A DNA stretch of 64,000 nucleotides. Source: Thermofilaceae archaeon. Lineage in GTDB: Archaea; Thermoproteota; Thermoprotei; Thermofilales; Thermofilaceae. Made by a program: the position numbers and the translations under genes. Where the stretch lies: contig JAWCCZ010000004.1 of the NCBI GenBank assembly GCA_038861545.1, positions 189,182 to 253,181 on the forward strand, written 5' to 3'. Under the pieces are notes generated by a model, which saw only the letters and a list, made by a program, of their open reading frames with translations, had not been told where the DNA came from and made no database searches. Shown here piece after piece: positions 19,742 through 29,973 of the stretch (position 1 is the first letter of the stretch; each line of letters begins with the position of its first letter).

Positions 19742-19804
19742 GCCCCGCTCAGATACCCCAGGACACGCTCACTACTCGGTCGGCATAACTTTCATCACAG
19801 GGGC
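19742..19804 (-). ncRNA. C/D box methylation-guide sRNA
   Basis: Minus strand: GCCCC-u-GUGAUGA(C)-AAGUUAUGCCGA-CCGA(D')-gua-GUGAGCG(C')-UGUCCUGGGGUAU-CUGA(D)-gc-GGGGC with terminal stem. Confidence 0.85.
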
Positions 19805-19865
19805 ATGCTAGTAACTGGATATACGCTTTAATTTTTAACCCTTCATTGGCAAGGTTAAGCGCGAG

Positions 19866-20288
19866 ATGCCTCTTAAATGGAGAAGGAGAGGATTTGACGC
19901 GGAAAGAAGGCTTGTTAAACTACTGTCTAAGCGTGCTTCTGTATATGTATTTAGGATTCCGGTTAGCGGTGGAAGACCGCCGCCTGGCTCACGAGTTGCA
20001 TTACCGGATGTTTTCATGGTAGATAACACGAGAGGAGAAATCATAGCGTTTGAGGTTAAGGCTACAAGTAAGACCAAGGTCATAGTAAGTACCGAGCAGA
20101 TATCGAAACTCTTCAAGTTTCTCAATGCATTCAAACGATATGAAAAACGTACAGCTGTTATTGCAGTCTGGTTTTCGAGGGAGGGTAAATGGCTCTTTAA
20201 ACGTATTGAGGACTCCCTTCAATACTCTGATTTGACACTCACATGTAGCGATGAATCCGACTGGAGTCCTTCGAAGACAAGTTTTTAA
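19866..20288 (+). CDS. hjc: archaeal Holliday junction resolvase
   Basis: GFDAERRLV, RIPVSG, PDVF, FEVK. Confidence 0.88.
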   Translation: MPLKWRRRGFDAERRLVKLLSKRASVYVFRIPVSGGRPPPGSRVALPDVFMVDNTRGEIIAFEVKATSKTKVIVSTEQISKLFKFLNAFKRYEKRTAVIAVWFSREGKWLFKRIEDSLQYSDLTLTCSDESDWSPSKTSF

Positions 20289-20314
20289 ATTTTAGTAGCA
20301 GGAAGAGGAGCCGG

Positions 20315-21655
20315 GTGATACCCTTGTCAGCTCGGCGTTTTGAACGGATAGGTGCACACTCTCATATTAAGGGGTTAGGAGTTAAAGATGGGAAGCCACA
20401 ACAGGTTGCTGACGGCTTTGTTGGCCAAGTGGAAGCTAGACGCGCCGCTTACATAGTTGTTCAAATGATTAAAGCTGGTAGAATGGCTGGACGGGGTATA
20501 CTTTTAGCCGGTCCCCCTGGTACTGGAAAAACGGCCTTAGCTGTAGCTATTGCGCGCGAACTGGGTGAAGATACTCCATTCGTAGCGATCTCTGGCTCTG
20601 AGATATACAGTGCTGAGGTTAAAAAGACAGAAGTTTTAATGAGAGCCATTAGAAGTGCTCTAGGCGCTAGGATAAGAGAGTATAGACGAGTTTACGAGGG
20701 TATGGTTAAGAAGCTAGAAGTAAAGTTTGATAGGCATCCGTATAACCCTTGGACACAGGTGCCTGTTGAAGGTATAGTTACGCTAAAGACTAGCAATGAG
20801 GAACGTACGTTTACAGTGGATGGGAGCGTGATCTCCGAAATGCTTTCCAAGAGTATTTCGGAGGGGGATGTTGTTTGGATCGACGCTGAAACAGGAAGAG
20901 TTTATAAGTTGGGGCGAGCTAGTTCAGCTGAACGGAAATATGATCTCGGCTCTTCTAAACTGGTTGAAATTCCTAACGGCCCGATACTTAAAGAGAAGGA
21001 ATTCGTGCACACTGTTACATTACATGAATTAGATTTGATGAACTTGCGTAGCGGGAGCCTATTTTCAATGCTATTCGGAGGAGGAGAAGAAAGGGAGATA
21101 TCACCAGACGTGCGAAGATCAGTTGACGAAACTGTAAAGAAATGGATCGATGAAGGTAGAGCAGAGTTACTACCGGGCGTCCTATTCATAGACGACGTCC
21201 ATATGTTGGATATAGAAGCTTTCAGCTTTTTATCACGAGCAATGGAAAATGAACTCGCACCGATACTGGTTTTAGCTAGTAATAGAGGCTTTGCGAAGAT
21301 AAGGGGCACAGACTACGAATCACCGCACGGCATTCCGCTTGACCTCCTAGACAGGCTTCTTATAATAGAAACTAAACCTTACACTAAAGATGAAATCAGA
21401 GAAGTACTACGCATTAGGGCTAGAGAGGAAGGAGTAGAGCTTGATGAAGAGGCACTTGAGCGGCTCACTGAGATAGGAACTGAGCGTAGTCTCCGTTATG
21501 CAGCACAGTTATTGACGCCCAGTAAGATAATCGCCGAGGAAAGAGGAAGTAAAAATGTAGATGCTGAAATTGTAAAGTATGCCGCCTCGCTGTTTGTCAG
21601 CGTGAAAGAATCTTCCGCTTACCTGAAGGAGTACGAGGAGAAGTTTTTAAGATAG
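20315..21655 (+). CDS. TIP49/RuvBL-family AAA+ ATPase
   Basis: RIGAHSHIKGLG, GPPGTGKT, PGVLFIDDVHMLDIE, SPHGIPLDLLDRL. Confidence 0.96.
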   Translation: MIPLSARRFERIGAHSHIKGLGVKDGKPQQVADGFVGQVEARRAAYIVVQMIKAGRMAGRGILLAGPPGTGKTALAVAIARELGEDTPFVAISGSEIYSAEVKKTEVLMRAIRSALGARIREYRRVYEGMVKKLEVKFDRHPYNPWTQVPVEGIVTLKTSNEERTFTVDGSVISEMLSKSISEGDVVWIDAETGRVYKLGRASSAERKYDLGSSKLVEIPNGPILKEKEFVHTVTLHELDLMNLRSGSLFSMLFGGGEEREISPDVRRSVDETVKKWIDEGRAELLPGVLFIDDVHMLDIEAFSFLSRAMENELAPILVLASNRGFAKIRGTDYESPHGIPLDLLDRLLIIETKPYTKDEIREVLRIRAREEGVELDEEALERLTEIGTERSLRYAAQLLTPSKIIAEERGSKNVDAEIVKYAASLFVSVKESSAYLKEYEEKFLR

Positions 21656-22067
21656 AATAGCACTGAATGGCGGACAATATAATAATTAACTGCGCTACAT
21701 CTAGCCTATAGAAACTCCCTTCATTTGCCTCAACCAAGTTGACTAATGGTAAAACTTTGACAGTCAAACCGTTTTGTACCTCTATTGAGACCATTGCATA
21801 GTAAGCGACAGTAATAGCTATAGCGCTTGTTAACATAATCCAGTTGGCGAGTGCCCGTTTGCTGGATGAGAAGAGAGATGATATAATCCATACAATAATC
21901 ATTATGGTGCCTACGCGCCATGGTGCATACCACGGGTAGGAAGTAACGAATCTATATTTGCTTAGGTAATCTTCAAGGGGGCTTGAAACGGCTAGGCCGG
22001 CAATAGTTACCGTCACGACGGTAGCCATTAAGGCATGCCTTACCTTTTTAAACTGTATATACTTCAT
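21597..22067 (-). CDS. hypothetical membrane protein
   Basis: About 4 hydrophobic segments; coupled to upstream gene by ATGA overlap. Confidence 0.6.
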   Translation of the reverse strand: MKYIQFKKVRHALMATVVTVTIAGLAVSSPLEDYLSKYRFVTSYPWYAPWRVGTIMIIVWIISSLFSSSKRALANWIMLTSAIAITVAYYAMVSIEVQNGLTVKVLPLVNLVEANEGSFYRLDVAQLIIILSAIQCYSILKTSPRTPSGKRKILSR

Positions 22068-22828
22068 TCGTATACCACCTTTGTACCTACTCCTGTTAAT
22101 TCCTCTAATTCAAAAGCTTTAGCTATCTTCTCTCGAGCCTCTATAGAGGTTGAATGAAGCGGAACTACGTTGGCTTTTCGAAGCTTAGCAAACTTTACCA
22201 ACAATCTCAGACCGTAAGCATCGAAGGAGCTTAAGTTAAAGCCTCCTATAATGCCTATCAGCTTGCCATTCAGCTTCTGTAAAGCTTTATCAATAGCCTG
22301 CAACGCTATATCTATCCCGTAGACTGAACAAGCGATGAACGCCACATAGCCCCTGAAGGTCCTAATTAGAACAGCCCTTTCGTTATAGATTGGTGATTGA
22401 AAAGGTACTAAAACTACTGGAATCCCTGTTAGTTGTTCCATCATATAGTATTTAGTTTTCGGTAGCGGGGGGAGGTAAAACGCTTCAATCTTCTTACTTC
22501 GCGTTAAATAAAGAAAAGCACATACATGATGCGAACTCCACAGTGCAGCGATCGCCGCATCTACATTACTCAAATTCACACATAAAACCTCTGCGTTATG
22601 TATTAGTACATCCAGAAGCGGACCTCCGTCGAGTAGTAGCCTGAGCCTACTTCCTTCATCTAGATGAAGCTCAGCTAGGATGCCGATACCATGCGCCGGG
22701 AACGCGCCGGCTTCAGCGCCTCTATCGGATATAAGATCGTCTACAAGGACTGTTAAATCAAGTCCCAGCGCTGCGCTCAACGTCTTCACCGGTTTCCGAT
22801 TCAATGTCTTCCATGTATTGTTTAACAA
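22064..22828 (-). CDS. degenerate metallo-beta-lactamase-fold protein (COG1237-like)
   Basis: LTVLVDD, AHG, LLDGG, IIGGFNL, PLHST; HxHxDH motif eroded; start probably ~22770. Confidence 0.65.
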   Translation of the reverse strand: MLNNTWKTLNRKPVKTLSAALGLDLTVLVDDLISDRGAEAGAFPAHGIGILAELHLDEGSRLRLLLDGGPLLDVLIHNAEVLCVNLSNVDAAIAALWSSHHVCAFLYLTRSKKIEAFYLPPLPKTKYYMMEQLTGIPVVLVPFQSPIYNERAVLIRTFRGYVAFIACSVYGIDIALQAIDKALQKLNGKLIGIIGGFNLSSFDAYGLRLLVKFAKLRKANVVPLHSTSIEAREKIAKAFELEELTGVGTKVVYE

Positions 22829-23165
22829 AATCTTCTACCTCACTTAACCTCTGCCTTTGTGATGCTAAAAACTTTGATCCTTTTTCTGTCAATACGTAAT
22901 AATCCCTGTAAAGCTCAGTATAAATCGGGCCAACAATGTAAAGTGGTTTAACTAATCCCTCCTTTACCAACTCTTTAAGTCGATCATCAACTAGCAGAGA
23001 AAAGGGTTGAGACCCGAAAAAAGTCAGTTTCTCTTTCAAATTTAAGTTATTAGAAGTTAAATGATATAAATACTTATGTAGAAGCCTCCTTTCTATGGGT
23101 TTACTTTTGTATTTAAGTACAAGTAATATCAGGCAATCAACGTCTTGGGGGGAACCGTTAACCAT
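22758..23165 (-). CDS. winged-helix hypothetical protein
   Basis: LHKYLY, PFS, LKELVKEGLV, YVLTEKG. Confidence 0.7.
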   Translation of the reverse strand: MVNGSPQDVDCLILLVLKYKSKPIERRLLHKYLYHLTSNNLNLKEKLTFFGSQPFSLLVDDRLKELVKEGLVKPLYIVGPIYTELYRDYYVLTEKGSKFLASQRQRLSEVEDFVKQYMEDIESETGEDVERSAGT

Positions 23166-23445
23166 ACCGCAAGTCAGCCAAACGATTGAGGTATTAAAAA
23201 ACTTATGTGAAATTTGCCATGAAAGAGAAGCGACTAGAATCTGTAAAATATGTGGTAGGAAGACATGTAATGAGCATTGGGGAAAGGAAATGTGTAGAAT
23301 ATGTGAAGCAACTATATGTGAAAGTTGCGGCGAGAAGCTGTCCTTAGGTTACTGCACTGTATGTGGGAAACTTGTTTGTGCTTCCTGCTCGAAGGAAATC
23401 GGCGCAGCTGTAATTTGTTTACAATGTCATTCCAAGTTAACCTAG
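23095..23445 (+). CDS. small Cys-rich multi-zinc-finger protein
   Basis: Eight CxxC/CxxH pairs in about 75 aa; true start uncertain. Confidence 0.75.
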   Translation: MGLLLYLSTSNIRQSTSWGEPLTIPQVSQTIEVLKNLCEICHEREATRICKICGRKTCNEHWGKEMCRICEATICESCGEKLSLGYCTVCGKLVCASCSKEIGAAVICLQCHSKLT

Positions 23446-23451
23446 CTAGAC

Positions 23452-24108
23452 CTAAACTAAGGAAACTTCATAACGAGGAGAAAAACGTGAGGGTTCTTTT
23501 ACCACGCGGATACCTGCATAGTCAGCTAGCCATAGTTTCAAGCTGTAGTTTTCAAGCTTGTAGCCAGCTGCTTTTAACTCTCTTTTTAATAGCCTCAATA
23601 AGTACTCGATACATGCTTTAATCCTAGCTCCCAGCTTTTCCAGCTCGTCTGCTTTTTCAATGTAAATCCCTAGTATCTTATAACTTACATACGTTCTGAA
23701 GTAATATATAGTGTAAACAAGTACAAGCGAAGTAGCTATAATGAAAAGAGCAATGGTAAAAATGACTGCGTTACTGTATGTGAAGGCAAAAATATAGACT
23801 ACAATCGAACTGATTAGCAGAGCTATGTTAATAAAACTCAACTTTCTTGAAATTTTATCCATCTTCGAGATCTTTCTATAATTTTCAGAAGTTGTTGGAA
23901 GCTTAAGAATAGCCTCCATGTCGCTTTTTAACTCATCCCATGGGTAAGGGAGCCTTACATTTAGTTCTCGGAATAGCCGTTCAACTTTGCTGAGATCCGT
24001 AACACGCCCAACCCTAAAGCCGTCCAAGACCTCTATAAGCGATCTTAGCCTTCTAGCTTTCTCAACGCTATCCATGTAACCACCTTTCAAGCCCTCTTCC
24101 CTCTCCAA
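23452..24108 (-). CDS. hypothetical protein with two TM helices
   Basis: Central hydrophobic hairpin; likely start ATG ~24075. Confidence 0.65.
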   Translation of the reverse strand: MEREEGLKGGYMDSVEKARRLRSLIEVLDGFRVGRVTDLSKVERLFRELNVRLPYPWDELKSDMEAILKLPTTSENYRKISKMDKISRKLSFINIALLISSIVVYIFAFTYSNAVIFTIALFIIATSLVLVYTIYYFRTYVSYKILGIYIEKADELEKLGARIKACIEYLLRLLKRELKAAGYKLENYSLKLWLADYAGIRVVKEPSRFSPRYEVSLV

Positions 24109-24685
24109 TTAATTCCCCAAGGAAACAGAAGTCATCTTCTATTAAGCTCCTCAAGCGTGGGTTATACAGCGCCGCAGCTGGATGTAGGGTCGGCAGCAGC
24201 ATAAATTCGTTTCCACTAAAAATCACCCTTTTCACCTCGCCCCTTACTTGCATAATAGAGGAAAAACTCAAACCGGCCAGCTGAAAAAATAGGCGAGTGC
24301 TATGCCTTCCTAAGCTCACAACTATTTTAGGTTCGATTGCTTTAAGCTGAGCTAGTAGGTAGGACTCACAGGCAGCAACTTCAGAATCCTCAGGATCCCT
24401 ATTACTGGGAGGCCTGCATTTCACAACGTTTGTTATAAACACTTTTTGCCTACTTAGCCCAGCTACTTTGAGCAAGTCGTTTAACAGATTACCTGCAGCT
24501 CCAACAAAAGGTTTCCCCTGCAGGTCCTCGTTAAAGCCGGGTGCCTCGCCAACTAGCATAACATTGGTACACGGGTCTCCTTCTCCTGGTACTGCGTGAG
24601 TTCTATAGGCTTGAAGCGGGCAACGAGTGCATCTACGCACCTCTTCCGCTATTTGATCAAGAATTGATTTTCTCGTTTCGCACAT
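24068..24685 (-). CDS. udg: family 4 uracil-DNA glycosylase ([4Fe-4S])
   Basis: CTRC, GEAPG, KCRPP, HPAAAL. Confidence 0.95.
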   Translation of the reverse strand: MCETRKSILDQIAEEVRRCTRCPLQAYRTHAVPGEGDPCTNVMLVGEAPGFNEDLQGKPFVGAAGNLLNDLLKVAGLSRQKVFITNVVKCRPPSNRDPEDSEVAACESYLLAQLKAIEPKIVVSLGRHSTRLFFQLAGLSFSSIMQVRGEVKRVIFSGNEFMLLPTLHPAAALYNPRLRSLIEDDFCFLGELIGEGRGLERWLHG

Positions 24686-25109
24686 TTAAGTGCACCTCTA
24701 GTAAACCATCTTTCCCTTTAACAATTATTCTTGCCGTTTTCCCCTGTATCTGCTCTTTTAGTTTTAATGGATCGGGTGAAGGTTTATCCATTAGGGGTAC
24801 CCCCCCGAGCATGCAGCCAATGATTATTATCGGCTCGCTTTGTAGGTTAATTATTCCAGCTGGCGCTTTACCTTTTTTAGCAAGCCTGAGCAATATGTAC
24901 GACCCCACTGTACTTCCTTTACCATGGGGAAATACCAGTAATCGTCCAGATATACTTTCACCATGGAGTTCATGTCCTTTCTCGACTATTTTACCTGAAT
25001 CGGGATCGACTCCACCATAAAAAGAAATTGGCTCTTCGCTGAGTAGCAAGGGGGCCGTTGCTCTGCCTTCAACTAAACCTCTGCCATGCACTTTAATTAA
25101 CTGTTCCAC
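24657..25109 (-). CDS. AcnX small subunit (DUF126), probable phosphomevalonate dehydratase subunit
   Basis: ISFYGGVDP, GKGSTVGSY. Confidence 0.92.
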   Translation of the reverse strand: MEQLIKVHGRGLVEGRATAPLLLSEEPISFYGGVDPDSGKIVEKGHELHGESISGRLLVFPHGKGSTVGSYILLRLAKKGKAPAGIINLQSEPIIIIGCMLGGVPLMDKPSPDPLKLKEQIQGKTARIIVKGKDGLLEVHLNVRNEKINS

Positions 25110-25183
25110 GTGAACTCACCTAAGCCGTTTCAATAACAGTACTCTTTAATGTTAATTTACGTTTAATAACGATACACATCAGG

Positions 25184-26368
25184 CTAGGAGAGGATATTAT
25201 CTATTAAAACCTCGCGAGGGATTAAAGAAACACTGTAGCCCTGACTGCTTAGATAATACGCAGCCTTAGCAGAATCCGTCGAGCATGAAAAAATACCCAT
25301 TCTCCTCAAATCGCATACCACCATGCATGTATCGGCGTATATTTTTATTCCAGATTCTCGAAGTTTCTGAACTACCCAAGGCACTTTGGATATGCAAGAT
25401 CTCGAAGTGAAAAAGATTGCCTGACACTTGACTCGTCTACCTTTTATGCGTGTATACAGTTCAGTCAATTCACTAGGAGATAAATGAGGACACCCTAAAA
25501 CTATAGCATCCGATTCCTCTACGTTCCATTTACTTGCAGCTTCTTGCAAGTCTTTCACCCCTAAGCGTATGGCCTCTACCTCCCTTGACGGCTTAAACTC
25601 GGGAGACACCCCCTCAATTAGTAGTAAACCCACAGAGCTTGAGGCCCCAACCGCTGAAAGAAACAACCTTTGTAGTTTTGGTTCACGTAGTCCAACTGGA
25701 GGATTCAGTAGAACTGGAACTCCGGATTTGATTAAATCCCCTATCACATATCCGAGAAGAGAGTACCAGCCTCTTCTCTCCACCTCTCGCTTAACTTCGC
25801 TTAAGTCGACAGATATCGTTGGTAGCCGACCCTCCGTGGTATGGAGACCTGTATGCGGTGCCCGGCCCACAATAGCCTCTAGGAGTGCTAGCGGTCCCCC
25901 TTCACGGTTCGTCCTAGCTCCCAACATGCTATTTGCATATAAAACCGCATTGCTCTCAGCCCAAGCGAGGTGCTCTCCAAACCTTGGAGGCGAGTACAAG
26001 TAGGGTGTGCATGTAAGTGTAACACGTGCACCCATACGTTTAAAAGCTTTAAGGACGCGCAGCTGTAAACTGTAGATTTCATCGCTTACCCCCATATCCC
26101 GATAATTAATTATGTCAAAACCCGCGGGGTTAAGCGTCGTTGTAACTGAGAACCCTAACCCATTTCCGGATATTTTCTCAATGAACTCAACCCCCTCTAA
26201 ACCTAAGTTCTTGTAGGATATACCCGATATATGTGCACTTGAGATTTTTACAAGCCTATCAGCTTCGAGAACCTCCGCTACTTTAACAACGGTTTGCATG
26301 GCCTTAGCTAACCACTCTCCTTTCTCTCCACTAAGGATACGCTCTTCATCCCTAGTTAGCTCAACCAC
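25184..26368 (-). CDS. AcnX large subunit (DUF521), probable phosphomevalonate dehydratase subunit
   Basis: AHISG, TCTPY, WAESNA, GARTNREG, GCPH, DTCMVV, TDSAK. Confidence 0.92.
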   Translation of the reverse strand: MVELTRDEERILSGEKGEWLAKAMQTVVKVAEVLEADRLVKISSAHISGISYKNLGLEGVEFIEKISGNGLGFSVTTTLNPAGFDIINYRDMGVSDEIYSLQLRVLKAFKRMGARVTLTCTPYLYSPPRFGEHLAWAESNAVLYANSMLGARTNREGGPLALLEAIVGRAPHTGLHTTEGRLPTISVDLSEVKREVERRGWYSLLGYVIGDLIKSGVPVLLNPPVGLREPKLQRLFLSAVGASSSVGLLLIEGVSPEFKPSREVEAIRLGVKDLQEAASKWNVEESDAIVLGCPHLSPSELTELYTRIKGRRVKCQAIFFTSRSCISKVPWVVQKLRESGIKIYADTCMVVCDLRRMGIFSCSTDSAKAAYYLSSQGYSVSLIPREVLIDNILS

Positions 26369-26479
26369 TGCTGCCTATGCTGAAATCTGAACGTATAATG
26401 TTTTTCGCTTACCAGCAGATAATTAACTTTCGCTCTATTAATCGTCCGAAACCTTTAAGTCAGCAGAACGTACGTCGAT

Positions 26480-27505
26480 TTGGTATCAATGAGCAAACGG
26501 GAAAGGCCCCAGGTAGAGGATGAGGAGGGATTTGACAATGCGAGCGAAGGAGATACTAGCTTGGAAGAATTGGAGCTCGAAGATCTCGAAGGAGTGGGAA
26601 GAATTACTGCTCAGAAGTTAAAGCAGGCTGGTTTCTTTTCAATAAAAGACATAGCTTTCGCATCTGCCCACGACCTTGCCGAGATTTTAGGTTCGGAAGA
26701 ACGAGCGATGAGTGTTATTCGATCAGCTCAGAAACTGCTTGGCTACGGTAAAATCTTTGTTACAGCCAGAGAATTTTACGAAGAGCGAAAGAATATCGCC
26801 TATATTTCAACCGGAGTGAAGGCTCTTGATGACCTACTCGAAGGCGGTATTGAAACAAGGGCTATCACAGAGCTTATAGGGGAGTTTGGGGCTGGTAAGA
26901 CTCAGCTTTGTCATCAGCTTGCTGTTATGGTTCAGCTTCCCCGTGAGCGGGGTGGTTTATCAGGTAAAGCTCTCTACATTGACGCTGAAGGAACTTTTAG
27001 ACCTGAACGCGTAATCAGTATTGCAAGATACAGAGGCATAGACCCAGAAAAAACACTTGAAAATATCGTTTATGCTAGAGCCTATAACAGCGACCATCAG
27101 ATGCTCATAATCGACGAAGCAAAGAAAATAGTGGAGGAGGAAAGCATTAAAATAGTACTCATAGATAGTTTAATCACACATTTTAGGGCTGAGTATCCTG
27201 GGAGAGAGAACCTTGCGGCTAGGCAACAGAAACTGAACAAACATATAATGCAGCTGGCAAGGCTGGCAGCGATATATGATCTTGCAGTGGTGGTAACAAA
27301 TCAGGTGATGGCCGCACCAGATGTGTTTTTCGGCAACCCTCTTAAGCCGGCAGGAGGGAACATCGTAGCCCATGGCTGTACATATAGGTTATGGTTAAGG
27401 AAAGGGAGAGAAGGAAAGAGAATAGCTAGGATTATAGATTCGCCTAAACATGCCGAGAAAGAAGCAGTTTTCGCGATAGCTGAGGAGGGGGTTATAGATG
27501 CTTAA
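26480..27505 (+). CDS. radA: DNA repair and recombination protein RadA
   Basis: N-terminal Hh[40 protein letters not shown]. Confidence 0.98.
   Translation: MVSMSKRERPQVEDEEGFDNASEGDTSLEELELEDLEGVGRITAQKLKQAGFFSIKDIAFASAHDLAEILGSEERAMSVIRSAQKLLGYGKIFVTAREFYEERKNIAYISTGVKALDDLLEGGIETRAITELIGEFGAGKTQLCHQLAVMVQLPRERGGLSGKALYIDAEGTFRPERVISIARYRGIDPEKTLENIVYARAYNSDHQMLIIDEAKKIVEEESIKIVLIDSLITHFRAEYPGRENLAARQQKLNKHIMQLARLAAIYDLAVVVTNQVMAAPDVFFGNPLKPAGGNIVAHGCTYRLWLRKGREGKRIARIIDSPKHAEKEAVFAIAEEGVIDA
26985..27066 (+). repeat. 82-bp exact repeat, copy 1 (inside radA)
   Basis: Identical to the reverse complement of 63919-64000. Confidence 0.97.
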
Positions 27506-28821
27506 GCTGGCTTTATTGAAGTAGTCCCACCCTCTTGAGCGTTATTTGAAGTAGTGAAAACTTCTATGCGGTAAACCAGTGGTTGAAAACCATGGTAAAT
27601 TAACTCCTCTAGCAAGCCTTTACTGCTCAGCAGTTTATCGTTGACAAACACGATCTCCTTTTCAATATATGCCCTACCACCATCTTTCTTAATTACCCAC
27701 ATCACTTGGGCTTTTTTATCTAAGGCATACATCTTCATAAGGGAGCAAACTTTTTCACCGACTTTCTCGCTTTTACAAGCAAACAAATACTCACTAAAGG
27801 CAACTAAGCTACTAGCTCCTTCAGAGTAATATTCTGCAACCCTATCCTTCGGAAGCACAACAACTTTCCTCCCATCCTGCTCTATCACCTCCTTTAACCT
27901 TCGCAGCAGTATGTATTCGACAAAATCCTCGTAAGACTCTTCATTCCTGAGCGTAGATACTGGAACATAGAAGGTTTCATTAAGCATCTCCTTGTTTGTA
28001 TCGGAAATTATTACATGTGTCTTCTCTGAATCCCTGCTGACCCTTTGAAAACCTAAATCAAAACGATTTGCGCATCTTCTACACATTGTCCAGTCACCAG
28101 GTAAGTGGACCTTCTTTCCGCACCTGTTACACTTTTTCCAGACTCCGCCTATGAACCTCCACTCCACCGATACGCCTCCTTCCTTATTTACATTAACGAT
28201 AGCATAGTTTCCAATAATTTTTCCATCCCTATCTACTCTATCCAGTCGAGCTACATTAATGTAAGTTACGCCATTATACTTTACGTGAATCCCGCCAAGA
28301 GCATGGCTGTGGCCGAATATGTGCACAATAGGTTTATAATATGATAATAGATAATTGACCTCAGGTAGCCCCGCGTGGTGACTAATGAGAGAAGCCTCTA
28401 ATTTTCCTCCCCTGTCAAGAATACTGAATGGTGGATAATGTGTAACTAAAATTATAGGTTTAGAGAAAAGCCCTTTAAAAGGTTTTAGTGAAGCTCCATG
28501 TCCTATGAGCAACATACCGTTAAGTTCGAGTGGCCCTAGGGCTTCTAAATCCGCTATTAATGGTTCTTCGTTAACGATCCCGGAAGGGGCATTAGCATCC
28601 CAGTTCCCTCTAATATAAAGAACGGGTTTACCTAGCTTTGATAACTCTCCGATCACTTGGATAAATGCCTCCTCTTTCTGGGGATTCCCAAGATCCCCTG
28701 CTATTATTATTGCGTCTAGAGACCTCAAAATATCTTGCCCAATGCTAGCTGTAAGGGCTTTTACAGATTCCGTTCTTCCATGGATATCTGACACACATAG
28801 CATGTTAACTTCATTCCTCAT
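27502..28821 (-). CDS. metallophosphoesterase with internal Zn ribbon and C-terminal extension
   Basis: SDIHG, AGDL, GNWD, THYPP, GHSH; CNRC...CRRC. Confidence 0.85.
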   Translation of the reverse strand: MRNEVNMLCVSDIHGRTESVKALTASIGQDILRSLDAIIIAGDLGNPQKEEAFIQVIGELSKLGKPVLYIRGNWDANAPSGIVNEEPLIADLEALGPLELNGMLLIGHGASLKPFKGLFSKPIILVTHYPPFSILDRGGKLEASLISHHAGLPEVNYLLSYYKPIVHIFGHSHALGGIHVKYNGVTYINVARLDRVDRDGKIIGNYAIVNVNKEGGVSVEWRFIGGVWKKCNRCGKKVHLPGDWTMCRRCANRFDLGFQRVSRDSEKTHVIISDTNKEMLNETFYVPVSTLRNEESYEDFVEYILLRRLKEVIEQDGRKVVVLPKDRVAEYYSEGASSLVAFSEYLFACKSEKVGEKVCSLMKMYALDKKAQVMWVIKKDGGRAYIEKEIVFVNDKLLSSKGLLEELIYHGFQPLVYRIEVFTTSNNAQEGGTTSIKPA

Positions 28822-28914
28822 TGGTAAACCTCGTCGGCATGCCGCGACTACGCACTACCCTGGAGAACCATTCTAAAAATCTTCCTCACCCAGCGAAGCT
28901 ATTTTACCCTCCTT

Positions 28915-29940
28915 ATGGTTGGCATTAGTGTGAAAATAAGCGTTGTAGTGCCTGCCTCTAACGTGTGCGAATCCTTGCACCGGCTGCTTTTAAGCTTAAA
29001 TGAACAGAAGCTACAGCCAAGCGAGATTATAGTGGTTTTACCTAGACCTGTAAAATTAGATAAACTTAAAGAGATTATCCTTAAAGCTGAACCCGAAACC
29101 CGTGTAATCGAGCTTTCAAAGGATCCGGGTCCTATCAGAGCAAGGGTTTTCGGAGGCCTCATAGCTTCAAGTCCATTAGTAGCGTTCATCGATAGTGATT
29201 GTAAAGCTCCTCCGGAGTGGCTCGAAAAAATGGTAGCAGAGTTAACACAATGGAACGTCGAAGTAGTAGCCGGTTCAGTTAACGGAGCCAATATAGACAA
29301 CTTCATAGCTAGGATGCAGGAAAGATCCATTATCACGCCGAACCCTAAACATAAGTATAAACTACTTAAAGACGACATAGGGCTGAACTTAATAGTTACA
29401 GCGAACATGCTTGTAAGAAAAGAGGTGCTTCTGGATGACGGAGTGGTTCCACCCAGCTATAAAAGGTACGGCTTCGAAGACCTAGACTTTGCAGTTCGTT
29501 TAACTAGGAATGGTTACAAGATTCTTTGCAGTCCGACAAGAGTTCTCCATTATAACAGAACCTCTTTCTCAGCTGTACTCAAGCGATACTACCAATATGG
29601 TCGAGGACTCCCCCTCTTTAGGAAAAGGGTAGGTAAATGTATTTACTCAAAAGTTGTATCCATGTTAGTTTACTTCTTTCTCATGATTTTAGTGTTAACG
29701 CTGACTTTACTAGTCTATAAACTGATTATGCATGCGATTACCGCTTTTTCACTTATAATTGTCCCGCTTTTAGCATACCACTTTTCTAAACTCAGCGATG
29801 GGGGATGGGAGCGCCTAATATACCCACTCACGGATCTAGCTCTGGCTACCGCTTCAGCAATTGGGGTACTTTGTATGGAATTTGAACTCTTGTTGAACAG
29901 GAGACATTATTGCATCCCACTGCAGGACCTACGGTCGTAA
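28915..29940 (+). CDS. glycosyltransferase family 2 with C-terminal TM helices
   Basis: SVVVP, FIDSDC, EDLDF, RYYQYGRG. Confidence 0.9.
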   Translation: MVGISVKISVVVPASNVCESLHRLLLSLNEQKLQPSEIIVVLPRPVKLDKLKEIILKAEPETRVIELSKDPGPIRARVFGGLIASSPLVAFIDSDCKAPPEWLEKMVAELTQWNVEVVAGSVNGANIDNFIARMQERSIITPNPKHKYKLLKDDIGLNLIVTANMLVRKEVLLDDGVVPPSYKRYGFEDLDFAVRLTRNGYKILCSPTRVLHYNRTSFSAVLKRYYQYGRGLPLFRKRVGKCIYSKVVSMLVYFFLMILVLTLTLLVYKLIMHAITAFSLIIVPLLAYHFSKLSDGGWERLIYPLTDLALATASAIGVLCMEFELLLNRRHYCIPLQDLRS

Positions 29941-29973
29941 ACCATATATCCCCTCTAGGTAACCTCCACCTAA

